A DNA stretch of 64,000 nucleotides, taken from Monocercomonoides exilis PA203 (Eukaryota > Protista > Preaxostyla). Both the position numbers and the translations under genes were made by a program. Below, piece by piece: positions 27,799 through 39,245 of the stretch (position 1 is its first letter; each line of letters opens with the position of its first letter). Below the pieces are notes generated by a model. That model searched no databases. It worked only from the letters and a program-made list of their open reading frames with translations, and was not told the DNA's origin. The stretch lies in NCBI GenBank assembly GCA_001643675.2, contig LSRY02000031.1, forward strand, positions 434,001 through 498,000, given 5' to 3'.

Positions 27799-29579
27799 TC
27801 CCACATTTCTCTTCCTCTCTCCACTCCTTCTTCCTCTCCTCTCTCTCGCCAGTCTCTCCGCCCTGCCTCTTCTGAGCTCTTCAAAACAGCTCGTGTCTTG
27901 TTTGCTTCTCTCTCAGGAGGACTGCTGCCAATTGTGCATTGCATGGAAGTAGTGTGCAATGGACTGAAGGAGGTTGCTTTTGTTGATTCTTCTGCTTCTT
28001 CTTCTTCTTCTTCTTCTGCTTCAAATACTTCTTCATCGGCAAAGAAAGAAAAGAAGGAGAAGAAGAAGAATTCACAAGAAGAAGAAGAAGAAGAAAGAGA
28101 AGCAATTGAGAAGTTGATCAAACGGAACAAAGTTTCATGGGATGACATCTTCCTCAGTTCCAAAGTGGATGTTGTGTGGACATCTTCCCTCTATTTGTTT
28201 GAGCAGAACAAGAAAGATAAGCAAAAGGGAAGAAGAGGAAGAAGAGAAGTGGAAGGGCTTTTGGAGTCACAGCACGAAAAGACAGGATTAACTCCACCGC
28301 CTTCTCCTTCATTCACACCTTCTCCTCCACACACACCTGATGCAATTGAAGCACCTGAAGTGCTTAAGAAAGGAGCAATGGAGGATGAAGGAGAAGGAGA
28401 AAAAGAAAAAGAAAGAGAAGGAAAAGAAGATAAAAGAACAATTATTTCTTCATCTTCCTCTTCTTCTCCATCTTCTTCCTCTTCTTCTGCTTTCTCTCTT
28501 TCACTGACATTGTCTTCCTTGCGCACATCAGCAAGTGCTGTGCTGAGGTTGTATTCGCAGCGACTGCAGACATCAAATGGAAGGAACGAATTGTTGAGTG
28601 CAGTTGGAGAAGAAGAAGAAGAAGAAGAAGAGAGAGAAGAAGAAGAAGGAGAAAAGAAAGGGAAGAGAGGAAGGAAAGATGCGAAGGGGAAAAAGAAAGG
28701 AGGAAAGAAGCAAATGAAGAAGAGGAAGGGGAAAATGAACGAAGAAGAAGAAGATGATGATGATGAGATGGATGTTGAAGATGAAAGAGAAGAAGAAGAA
28801 GAAGAGGAAGAGGAAGAAGAAGAAATAGCTACAGCAGAACAAGAACAACAAAAGACGTATCTTAGCAGACTTGTTGCTTTATTGTCTGGCTTGTTAGCAA
28901 CTGCACCATTGTTTTCTATGCACAATTCGAAAGAAAGCAGCAAACATCAGCAGAATAGGAAAGAGGAAGAAAAAGAAGAGAAAGGAGAATTCTTGCTCAG
29001 CTGCGAAGACAAAGGAACTTCCATTGGACAAGGAAAAGAAGCGAAAGAAAGCGAAAGAAGAGAAAGAGAAAGAGAAAGAGAAGAAGGCACAGAATATGGC
29101 AACAACATCAAGAACGGCTCTTCATTCCTCGCTCCTATTCTTTCCACAGCCTCTCTTGTTGTCCTTCTTGTTGGATATCGCATGACTTCTTCTCTTTCTC
29201 TGCTCACTCAATCAGTCAGCAGAATATTTGCGAAGCTGACACAACCTATTCAGATGGATCTGCTGCTATCCATGTGGGGTAAATCTGTTAGCTCTTCTGT
29301 TATTTCTCCGATTTCTCCGATTTCTTTCGTTTCTTCTTCTTCTTCTTCTTCTTCATTATCATTATCATCGTCTTCTTCTTCTTTCCTCTCCTCCTATCTG
29401 AATCCTCTGTCTTCCTTAGACAGCAGCTGCTCTGATGCCATTTCTTCTCTCTTCACCCACCCAATCGATGCGATGCGGCCTTTATTCGCTCCTCTCTTCA
29501 CTCAGCTCACTCAATCTCTCTCTTTTTATGTCACATGGCTTTCTCATTCAAACACAATGGAAGGTAATCAAATGCAAGC

Positions 29580-29618
<39 letters not shown>

Positions 29619-32600
29619 TTCTTCTTCTTCTTCTTCATCCTCTCTTACTTCAAATGCTCTGTTGTTGCTACCTTCTTTCCATCGCAAAGAGATACAAGAA
29701 GTGTGCTATTCAACTTCCTCTGCCATCATCCGTGCAATGACAGTGATGGTCAATGCATATCCTCAATTGTTCAATCAGTTATGTATTGATTCATCATCAT
29801 CATCTTCTTCTTCCTCATTCTCTCTTCAAAAGTTCCTTCGTCTCCTCTTTTCTCCTTCTCTCACATCTTCCTTCCTTCATTTGCTGAAGCAGCCAGCTAT
29901 CCAACGCTCAGCTGGTTGCTTCCCCTTGTTCTTCCCTTCATCTCCTTCATCATCACCTTCTTCTTCTTCTACTTCTTCTTCATTCTCCTCCTCTTCTTCC
30001 TCATCCACAACCAACTCATCAATATCAACTTCCTCAGCATCTTCAACCACATCTTCAATAGATCCCCACACAAAGCTCACATCCTTCTCCCTCCAATCTT
30101 CTCCTTCTTCTCTCTGCGGCTGTTCATGTTTGACTCTTCTCTCAGCTGCATCTGTTGTCCTTCCTCCTCATTTGATTTCGTCTGCTGTTACGAAAGAACT
30201 GAAATGTGCTCTTGAAGAGGTTGGAAGGAAAGAAGGTGTAATAATTGGAGATGGGAAAGAGGAAGGGAAAGATGGAGAAGAAAAAGAAGGAGAGGGCGAA
30301 GAAGTTGAAGGGAAGAAGAAGAAGAAGAAGAGACAAACGCAACAAAAGCAGATCAACGAAAATTCTGAACAAAATGAATCAACCCTTTCATCTTCCTCTT
30401 CTTCCTCCTCTTCTCCCTACTCTTCACTTGGTGTTTCAGCCTCCTCTCTGCCTTCCTTCTTCACAACTGCCCTGTCTGCTGTGAGTGTGTCTGCCATCAG
30501 CCATTCCACCCAAAGCATCGGCAAACACGCAATGGAGAGCATCACAGACAACCTGATGGAGCTGTTTGAACTCACAGAGAAGATGAAGTTGCTCATATCA
30601 GCTGCTACTGGAGTGTATGGAAGCTTATCTTCTTCTTCTTCTTCTTCCTCTCGTCTCTCTTCACTCACAGTGGATGAAGCACAGCAGCTGCATCGTGATG
30701 TGCGTGGAGTGGATCTGAAGCTCTGCCATCTTTCGTGTCTGATTGCGATGAAGCTGACAGACAGCAAGTGCCATAAGCTGTTCAAGAGGATACAGAATTG
30801 GGTGCTGGAAGATGTGGAGGAGATGGAAGAGAAGCTGAAAATGGAAGAGAAGGAAGGAAAGAAAAAGAAAAAGAAGGAAGAAGAAGAAGAGAAAGTATTC
30901 GTTGGAAAAGAAGAAGAGGAAAGCGTTCGAACAGCACCTTCTTCTTCTTCTTCTTCTTCTTCTCCAATTTCTCTTTCCTCTCTGCCCATCCCTCGCATCC
31001 ATATCCTCAATGCCACTCTCTCCTTGCATCGTCTAACGCTCCTCTTCACCCTCTCTGAGTGGATGTATCATTCTCTTGCTGAATATGCCCGTTTCATCTA
31101 CCCTTCAATCAAGACCATTGTGCTGTCTTTCCTCTCCTGGAGACCTGATGAAGAGAGGAAGTACGGGAATCAGAAGAAGATTGGATTGATTAGAAAGAAA
31201 GAGACGGAGAGAAATGAGAATGCAGATGAGGAGGAGGAGGAAGAGGATGATGATGAAGAGGAAGAGAAATTGAATGAAGAAAGTGAAGATTTAGAACCAA
31301 TCACAACAACAAAAGCTAAAAGATCAAAAGGAAGCAGTGACAAAACACACAAACACTCAAATTCCTCTTCAAACAGCTATTCTTCCTCATCTTCTGTTTC
31401 ATCCACTCTTCGCCCATCGTCCTTCTTCAGCTGGGCAGCCAATGTTTGTCTTTGCATTGGAAGCTGCCTGCAGTTTGTGAGGAAGATGGCTCTTCTGTCA
31501 ACAGGAGCACCATTTGGATGGGAAGGAAAGGGAAGAAGAGGATGGGTGAGAGAAGGAGAAGAGGAAGAGAAGAGGAAGAAGAAAGAGGAAGAGAAGAAGA
31601 AGAGGAAGATTAGAGAAGATAGCGATAGTGAAGAAGAAGAAGATGAGGAAGAGGAAGAAGATGATGAGGAAAGCGGAGGAGGAAGTGGAGAAGAGACAGA
31701 GAATGTTCCTGTGTGCATGTGCTTTGACCGAGAAGGAGTGATTGAGATGTGTGAGGCTGTGGTGAAGATGATGGAGATTATGAGCATGGAGTTTGGAGAA
31801 GGAGGAGAAAATGAAGAAGAAGAGGAAAAAGAAGAAGAAGACAACGACGATGAAGAAGAAAGCGAAGAGAAAAAAGAAAGAGAATTGTTGAGATTTGACG
31901 GAAGGAGATGTGCGCTGAGCTATTTGTGGAAGTGGAGAGTGAAATATACACTCGGAACACGCGGTGATATCAGCACACAACTTTCTGAATTGGAACAGAA
32001 GAATGAAAGTGACAGTAAATCTAATACTTCTTTATCTTCTTCTTCATTGTCTGATCCGATCACATCCCTTCTTTCAGGCAACAAGACAAAGAGGACTCAA
32101 GGCACTGCCTCAAAAGCATTTGCTTTCAATGCGCTTTCATCAACACCCAAAGAAGCAGAAGAAGATAAGAAGAACAAGAAGAAGAAAGATGCCCGCAGTT
32201 TGATATCACATGCTGAGTGCATCTCTCTCTTCCTCTCTGTTCTCCACCCCGATGAGCTTGCCCCGCTTCCCTCTGTCTCTTCCACACTCCCAGCATCTGC
32301 CCTGTCTTCTCCCTCGCGCTTAGAGCTCAGAAGGATTCCTCTTCTTGTCCTCTTCCATCTGAAGCCATATGTTCCGTTGCTTCCAACCTCTCCTGCTGAA
32401 GCAGTAGTGCTGGCTGGCGGGAAGAGAAAGCGGAACCTGCTGAAGGCGATGGGGAGAGCAATGCTGGAGGAGATGAGGAGCAGAGATTTCACTGCAAAGG
32501 GAAGGAAAACGAATGGAAAGGAGATGAATGATGGTCCAGAAGATGCTTCATCCAATTCTATTTCTTCTTCCTCTTCTTCATCACAATATCTTTTCTCACC

Positions 32601-33528
32601 ACTTCATGCAACCCTGAAACGTATATCTTCTCTTTCCTCTTCTGCTTCTTCCGTTTCTTTATCCTCCTCCTCATCTTCTTCATCCTCATCATCCTCTTCT
32701 CAGCTCTTCACTTCCTCTGCCTCTCGCGGCAGACTCCCAACGCCTCCTTTCCTTCTGCACCCAGTGTGTTCTGTGCCTTTCCTGCACCGCATGCCATTTG
32801 CCCTGTTTGTGTGTGAGTGTGTGAGCGAGCTGGCAGCCATCAGAGAATCAGCAGACGGAATGGGCACAGACGATGAAGGAGACAGCGATGATGAAGATGC
32901 ATTTGGATCTTCTTCATCATCTTCTTCTTCATCTGCTTCCGCTTCTGGTGTCACATGGAGTGATGGAACAACCACAAGATGGACAGAGGCGATTGGGATG
33001 GGCGGGAGAGTCGAGCTTTGGCGTATGATTTCTCGTTTTCTTCTTCGGATGGCTCTGAAAGGAACGAATTCAGTGGTCTTTTCATCGGTTCCGATGGATG
33101 TGGCTAAGAGTGGGGTTAAAAAACTGAGTAAAAAGGAGGAGAAGAAGAGGAGGAAGAACAAGAACAAAGCGAAGAAGCATAAGAAGAGAAGAACGGGAGA
33201 AGATAGCGATGAAGATGAAGACGACGATGAAGAAGAGGACTCAGAAGCCGAAGCCGAAGCGCTTCGTCAGAAGCAGCTCGAGCAGAAGGAGAAAGAGAGG
33301 AACGAGATAATCACGCGGATGAAGATGAGCTGCGTGCGTGTTGTTCATGGTGTGTCTGTCAGACTGGGCGAGGCGTTTGTGTCAGCCACAGTTGCAGAGC
33401 AGATACCAGCGCTGGCTGATCTGCTGGACGAGGAAGTGGTGGGAGAAGACTTGTGCAGGGCAGGAAGGGAGCTGAAGAACGGCATTGAAGAGATACAGGG
33501 AGAGAAGCTTGATGAGTTTCTGATGTGA
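17296..33528 (+). CDS. UTP10: U3 snoRNP/SSU processome HEAT-repeat protein UTP10/HEATR1, expanded to 5410 aa, apparently intronless
   Basis: The N-terminus matches UTP10 (LEELDHRFSKFEQLLFS...RELLTEAENHEINSSLRDFLVLLSPH...LEYLI). So does the C-terminus (RLGEAFV...EQIPALADLLDEE...IEEIQGEKLDEFL). A single 16.2-kb ORF. Confidence 0.88.
21396..21552 (+). repeat. 18-bp higher-order repeat (TCT)5CTT, about 8 copies, encoding (SSSSSL)n within UTP10
   Basis: Visible in both the DNA and the translation; boundaries approximate. Confidence 0.8.
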
Positions 33529-34017
33529 AGTGGATGAAGGAAGGAAGGAAGGATTGAGCAAGAGAAGGAGTGAATATTAAAGGGAAGGGAGGAAAGAGAG
33601 CTGGATGAAAGAGAAGGAGAGGAATATTCAGTTTTAGAAGATTGAGAGAAAAAGAGGAGTTTTTAATTGGCTTAAAGGAACAGAGGAGAATAGATTTTCA
33701 TTTCATTGCTGCATTTATGATTGAAGTAAAATAAAGGAAATAAAAAATAGAAAGAAAAAAATCAAATCAATTTTTCTTTTCTATCAATTTCTTTTTGAAG
33801 TGATAAAGCTTAGCTTTAATCTTCAAATTCATTTCACCTCAAAAGAATATAACCAACTCACTAAATATTTAATCGTCATGCTTTTCTTTCTTTCTTTCTT
33901 TCTTTTTGCCGAAAAAATAACCGACAAGTTATCAAAGTGAAAAGGAATTGAAGTATTCTTTAAAATTGAAATAAAAATAAATCTAAGCATCTACATGCTT
34001 CAAAATAGAGAAATAAC

Positions 34018-34057
<40 letters not shown>

Positions 34058-34244
34058 ATAAAGAAAACAAAATCCAATGTCAATAATTCCTAAACAAAAA
34101 TCCAGAACAAAATGAAACACAAATGAAAAAAAAAATTCTACACGATCATAACATAAGTTTATTTTATTTTCTTTTTCTTTCTTTTTTTTTTTTTTTGTTG
34201 TTCTAAATCCAGAAATAGCATCATTGCTTTGCATATTTCAACCC

Positions 34245-36101
34245 TCACAATTCAACCTTATTTCCGCTCTGCTTCCCTTCCACCTTCTCTTCCCCCAAAT
34301 TCAGCCCGTTGTAGTTCACCCCCATCGCCTTGTATCTCTCAACCATGTGCTCCCTCATTCTTTTCACAAACGACTCATAATCTTTGTCTTCTTCTCTGCT
34401 CCACAGCGCCTCGCTCAGCGCAGCCAGCCGCGGAAACGTGTTGAACTCTCTCTGCTTCCTCGTCGGTAGCCGCTCCGTCCACAGATTGCCTTGCCCTCCC
34501 AAAACATGCTTCGCCAACCTCTGCTTCTCAATGAAAGTGTAGCGCAGATGACGAGAAGAGCTGCGTTTATCATCACATCCTACTGATCTGAGGAATGAAA
34601 GCAGCGAAAATGTCTTTGCCTTCGGTGGAAACACAAGCGCAAGTGGATCAAACGAATATATCTTCTCAAGTCCATTGAGATATGCCCTTGTGCTAAACGC
34701 CTCATCATCGTCGTCTTCCTCACCCGCCGCACTCAAATCAGTCATCTTTTCTCCTCCAGAGATGCCTCCAATTTCTGGATAGTCCAAATAGCAGTGTGTT
34801 GTTGGTGAAAGCACCACATCGTGCCCTTCCTTCACCATCTGCAGCGCTTTCCTTGCTGAGTGCCAGACCATCACCTGCACCGACGGATCGCTGTACCCCA
34901 CGCTAGCAATCTCGTCCCAGCCAATTATGCGCCGCCCCCGCTTTCTGCAGTGCTCGGCCATCCGCCGCATGAAGTACCCGTGCAGCTCCTGTGGATTGGA
35001 CAAGCCCAGCTTCTTCATCTGCTTCTGGCATTCGCTGCAATTGCCCCAGTCGGGCATGTGGCACTCGTCGCCTCCAACGTGGATGACCTCGCTGGGGAAC
35101 AAGTCCATCACCTCCGTCAGCACATCTTCGACAAACTTCAGCACCTCCTCTTTTGCGCAGAGGACGGGTGAAAATATTCCCCATTCGCTCACCACACTAA
35201 TTTGGCGCCCGTTGCATGAGAGCCAAGGATAGGAAGCGATAGCTGCTGAAGAATGCCCTGGAACTTCAATCTCGGGCTGAACTCGAATAAACCTATTTTC
35301 TGCATATGCCAAAATATCCTTTATTTGTTTCTGCGTGTAATATCCTCCATAGATCGAATTATTCATTTGTGATTCCGTTAAGCCTTGCTCTGGATCTTCT
35401 GAAAACATTTCATATGGTTTCTTTTCTCTCCAAGCACCTATTTCTGTCAGTTTTGGATATTTTTTAATCTCAATTCTCCATCCTTGATCGTCAGTGAGAT
35501 GAAAATGAAAAATGCTTAACTTGTGATACGCAAGAAGATCAATATAACGCTTTACTTGCTCAACGGTAGAAAAATGTCTACTAACATCAAGCATAAAACC
35601 ACGGTATGGAAACCGTGGGTAATCAAGTATTTCAGCACATTGTAACTGAATTGGCTCTTTATTAGGTTGCTTTTCTTTGTTTTGTTCTTCAAAATATGCA
35701 GGAAGCATCTGACGTATGGTTGTAAATGCATGATACATCCCATGCGCACTTTTCCCCTTGATAATGATTCTAGATGGCTCAATTAATAGGTTGTATCCTT
35801 CATCCTGAGTTATTGAGCTATCATAAGCAAAAGCAATTTGAGATAAATTTATTTTTGGGCATTGTCCGCAATATTCTACAACATTAAAACTATATCCTGC
35901 ATGCAGCTTGAAGAGATCGTTAAAAGCATTAGCAACACGAAGAACAAGGCAATCATTCTTTGGAACAAAGATCTTGACTTTATCATTGAAAGAAAAAGTT
36001 CCTGAATTGACCTTCGAAAAAACTGGATACGGAATGATATTTAACGTTGATTCTCCTCGAAAAACAGGTATAAAAAAACAAATTGCCCAAAACAAAAACA
36101 T
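34245..36101 (-). CDS. Beta-N-acetylhexosaminidase, glycoside hydrolase family 20; probable start at ATG 36101 (the ORF extends to 36215)
   Basis: DYPRFPYRGFMLDVSRHF, HFHLTDDQGWRIEIKKYPKLT, PEIEVPGH, catalytic HVGGDE, LGGQGNLWTE and FPRLAALSEALW. Signal-peptide-like MFLFWAICFFIPVFRG. No introns. Confidence 0.93.
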   Translation of the reverse strand: MFLFWAICFFIPVFRGESTLNIIPYPVFSKVNSGTFSFNDKVKIFVPKNDCLVLRVANAFNDLFKLHAGYSFNVVEYCGQCPKINLSQIAFAYDSSITQDEGYNLLIEPSRIIIKGKSAHGMYHAFTTIRQMLPAYFEEQNKEKQPNKEPIQLQCAEILDYPRFPYRGFMLDVSRHFSTVEQVKRYIDLLAYHKLSIFHFHLTDDQGWRIEIKKYPKLTEIGAWREKKPYEMFSEDPEQGLTESQMNNSIYGGYYTQKQIKDILAYAENRFIRVQPEIEVPGHSSAAIASYPWLSCNGRQISVVSEWGIFSPVLCAKEEVLKFVEDVLTEVMDLFPSEVIHVGGDECHMPDWGNCSECQKQMKKLGLSNPQELHGYFMRRMAEHCRKRGRRIIGWDEIASVGYSDPSVQVMVWHSARKALQMVKEGHDVVLSPTTHCYLDYPEIGGISGGEKMTDLSAAGEEDDDDEAFSTRAYLNGLEKIYSFDPLALVFPPKAKTFSLLSFLRSVGCDDKRSSSRHLRYTFIEKQRLAKHVLGGQGNLWTERLPTRKQREFNTFPRLAALSEALWSREEDKDYESFVKRMREHMVERYKAMGVNYNGLNLGEEKVEGKQSGNKVEL

Positions 36102-37499
36102 AAAATGCAATAAAAAATTAAATAAAAATGGATTTTTTATTATGGAAAACAATTGAATGAGAAAGTCTCTATCGAGTTTATCTTTATCATGAATATTTAA
36201 ATACAGAAGAAACATGAATGAAAAACTATCAGTTTTGCATTTTCTTCCTTTTCTTTTCTTCTTCTTCTTCTTTTTTTTTTTTTTTTTTTTTTCTCTGTGA
36301 CGAACGAGGATTCAAGTGATTTGCCATGTTACAGAGGTTTAAAATAGTGGTTCGAAATTGTTGTCCGTAATGGTAGAAACATGGTTAATAATTTTTAAAA
36401 TCATATCTTTTTTCGCAGTTCTGATTCTTCAAAAATTTTATTTCAATGGAGAGGAATTCATTATTTTATAGAAAAAATTAGACTGTTGTTTCTTAAAAAA
36501 TGATGTTAGAAATAACATTCATTAAAATGTTATCTTCGAATGGAGAAATAACTTTTCAGTGTTCAATAAACAGTATTCAAAGTGAATTATCTAACCGATA
36601 TTTTTGATAGAGGAAACAGGGATTCAAAAAATTTCACCTTGATGATTATTAAAAATTTTTCTCCAAAAAAAAACTCACCTTGGTGATAATACGGACATTC
36701 AAGCTTTTAATGCACAAAGCATGAAAAAATTGTTTCACTCATAACTTTGTTTGGCATTCTTCGATTTCAAAAATATTTTGATTTTCAGATCCGTCAACAG
36801 GCATCGTTGAAATTATAATTTAAAGTTTTCCAACATTTCACGAATGTCAAAAAATCGACACATTTTTATTTTGATTTTTGTTCTCAAAAAGTCAATGAAA
36901 AGTGCATAATTTTTCTATGAAAATGCCTGGAGCGAAATAATTTGCCCCATATGAAGATGACGAAGGTAACGAAAAAGATGTGTGGAAAAGTGAGCATTAG
37001 GAAAGCGCAGAAAAGACTGCTAAACCTGAAAGCAAAAAATTAAAAATACAGCACAATGATGACGAATAGATGGAAATATCAATAAGTTTGTATAGTAATT
37101 TTTTTAATTGAAAATCAAATCCAATTTTTAGCCAAACTTTTAAATATTTGACTTAAAATTCATTGTTTGTCTTGTTTTGAATGTTTTTTGTGGTAATTTC
37201 TTCAATTCTTCATTTCCAGTTAACTGAATTTAGAAGACAAATGATGAAATTCACTGAGCATTGGATAGGAAGAAACTTATGTTGCGTCGATAGCAACTTT
37301 CATTTTAATTAAAAAATATCACATCAACAATTTTTAGCAATTTAAGAAATCCCATTTCACATTAAAGCCTTTGAATTCGTTGAAAAAATTCAAAAATTGT
37401 TTTTGAATACAATTCTCAATTCAAAAAATCACAAAATGTTCATTTATAACTGAATTAAACATAAAATATATCGTTCAATTGAACATATTTGAATGAAAC

Positions 37500-38520
37500 A
37501 AAATCCGGACTTTTTGTGTAGGGTCATAATTCTATTAGTACCCCGTTTTTTATCAGATCCTAAATTTTTTTTTCTCATATTGCTTTATATAGAAGCTTAT
37601 ACGCAATGAGAATAAATTTAAAATAAATAATATATTATTATAAGGTTTTATACCTAATATTTTTGAAAATCATTTCTTTTAAAAAAAGATCTGAATTTTT
37701 AAAGTTTTATTTTTTGATCAATGTTTTGCTCGTGTTTCCACGAGTTTTTGAAACCAAGCATTTTCCTTGTTAGCATTGTTTTAAAACTTTTCTTTATAAC
37801 ATTTTTGGTTATTTAATAACATGAAAAACTCTTTTTTTCACTAGTTTTCACATCTCACCTTTTAATTGAAAAACTGAAATATAAACAAAGAGAATATTAT
37901 TTACACCTTTTTCTTATGTTCAAATAATGTATTATTGCTTGTTACAAATATGTGATGTGGTAAAATTATTTAACAAAAAACATTTGGCACACAAAATGAA
38001 AAAGATGATATTTTGTTTTTCGTGTTATACTCGTCATTCACAAATATGTATATGTTATAGCTTAATTATTTGATATTATACCAAATAGTGCATTATTTGA
38101 ACATAAGAAAAAGGTGTAAATAATATTCTCTTTGTTTATATTTCAGTTTTTCAATTAAAAGGTGAGATGTGAAAACTAGTGAAAAAAAGAGTTTTTCATG
38201 TTATTAAATAACCAAAAATGTTATAAAGAAAAGTTTTAAAACAATGCTAACAAGGAAAATGCTTGGTTTCAAAAACTCGTGGAAACACGAGCAAAACATT
38301 GATCAAAAAATAAAACTTTAAAAATTCAGATCTTTTTTTAAAAGAAATGATTTTCAAAAATATTAGGTATAAAACCTTATAATAATATATTATTTATTTT
38401 AAATTTATTCTCATTGCGTATAAGCTTCTATATAAAGCAATATGAGAAAAAAAAATTTAGGATCTGATAAAAAACGGGGTACTAATAGAATTATGACCCT
38501 ACACAAAAAGTCCGGATTTT
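37500..38520. mobile_element. Foldback element B: 430-bp inverted arms (37500..37929 and 38091..38520), 161-bp spacer, non-coding
   Basis: The arms are reverse complements (aaaatccggactttttgtgtagggtc... / ...gaccctacacaaaaagtccggatttt). Confidence 0.8.
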
Positions 38521-39245
38521 TTACTCATAGCATTCAATTTTATATTCTTCACAATTCATGCTTCATAGAACAAAGCAGTCCGTTGATGGATGAAATGGAA
38601 TATTCATTCAAGCAGAACAATGAGACGGAATAAACTCTTCTGATGCAACCGCTGCAAAAGAACTAACAACTATTTTTTTATGCTTTCTGAAACAAAAAAA
38701 AAAGATATCTTTTATCGTTTGTTGTGAATGTTGAAATTACCACAAATAAAGAAATAGTCGCTTGAATAATTGAAAAAACGAACACAAAAAAAGAATTACA
38801 ACAAATGGAATTGATAATACAAACTGGAGTTACACAAAATAGGAAATGAAATAACAACTGTTGATGTTTGCAATGAAAAGAAAAGAAGAAAAGAATCAAC
38901 TGAAAAGCCAAATTAGAGATTAATGAAAAAATTCATTTGACAAGATTCACTCAAAATAATTGTGAGGTGGAGATTCAGCAAACACAAAAACATGAATACA
39001 TAAACACAATAAACACTGCTCACCCAAAATCTGCATTCGGAATGTGTGAAAGAAGAAACAAAGTGAAACACAACAACCAATTGAACCAAAATAGGTTGAT
39101 ATCAAAAACAAGAAGAAATGTACTTATGAACAAAAACAAAAAGGGAAGAGAGATACTCTCTCAAACTGATAAAAGATAATATTGAGCTTGCTTCGAGAAC
39201 ATAAACACTTCCCCATTGAAAATATTATTATCTCCAATTCTTTAT

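Noticed and set aside
17736-33167. Dozens of antisense and alternate-frame ORFs inside UTP10 (likewise in 1-3.6 kb and 39-47 kb)
   Set aside because: By-products of stop-poor (TCT/GAA)n repeats and codon bias; no domain motifs.
36300-37450. Coding-like patches upstream of the GH20 gene
   Set aside because: No sustained frame or recognisable motif could be reconstructed.
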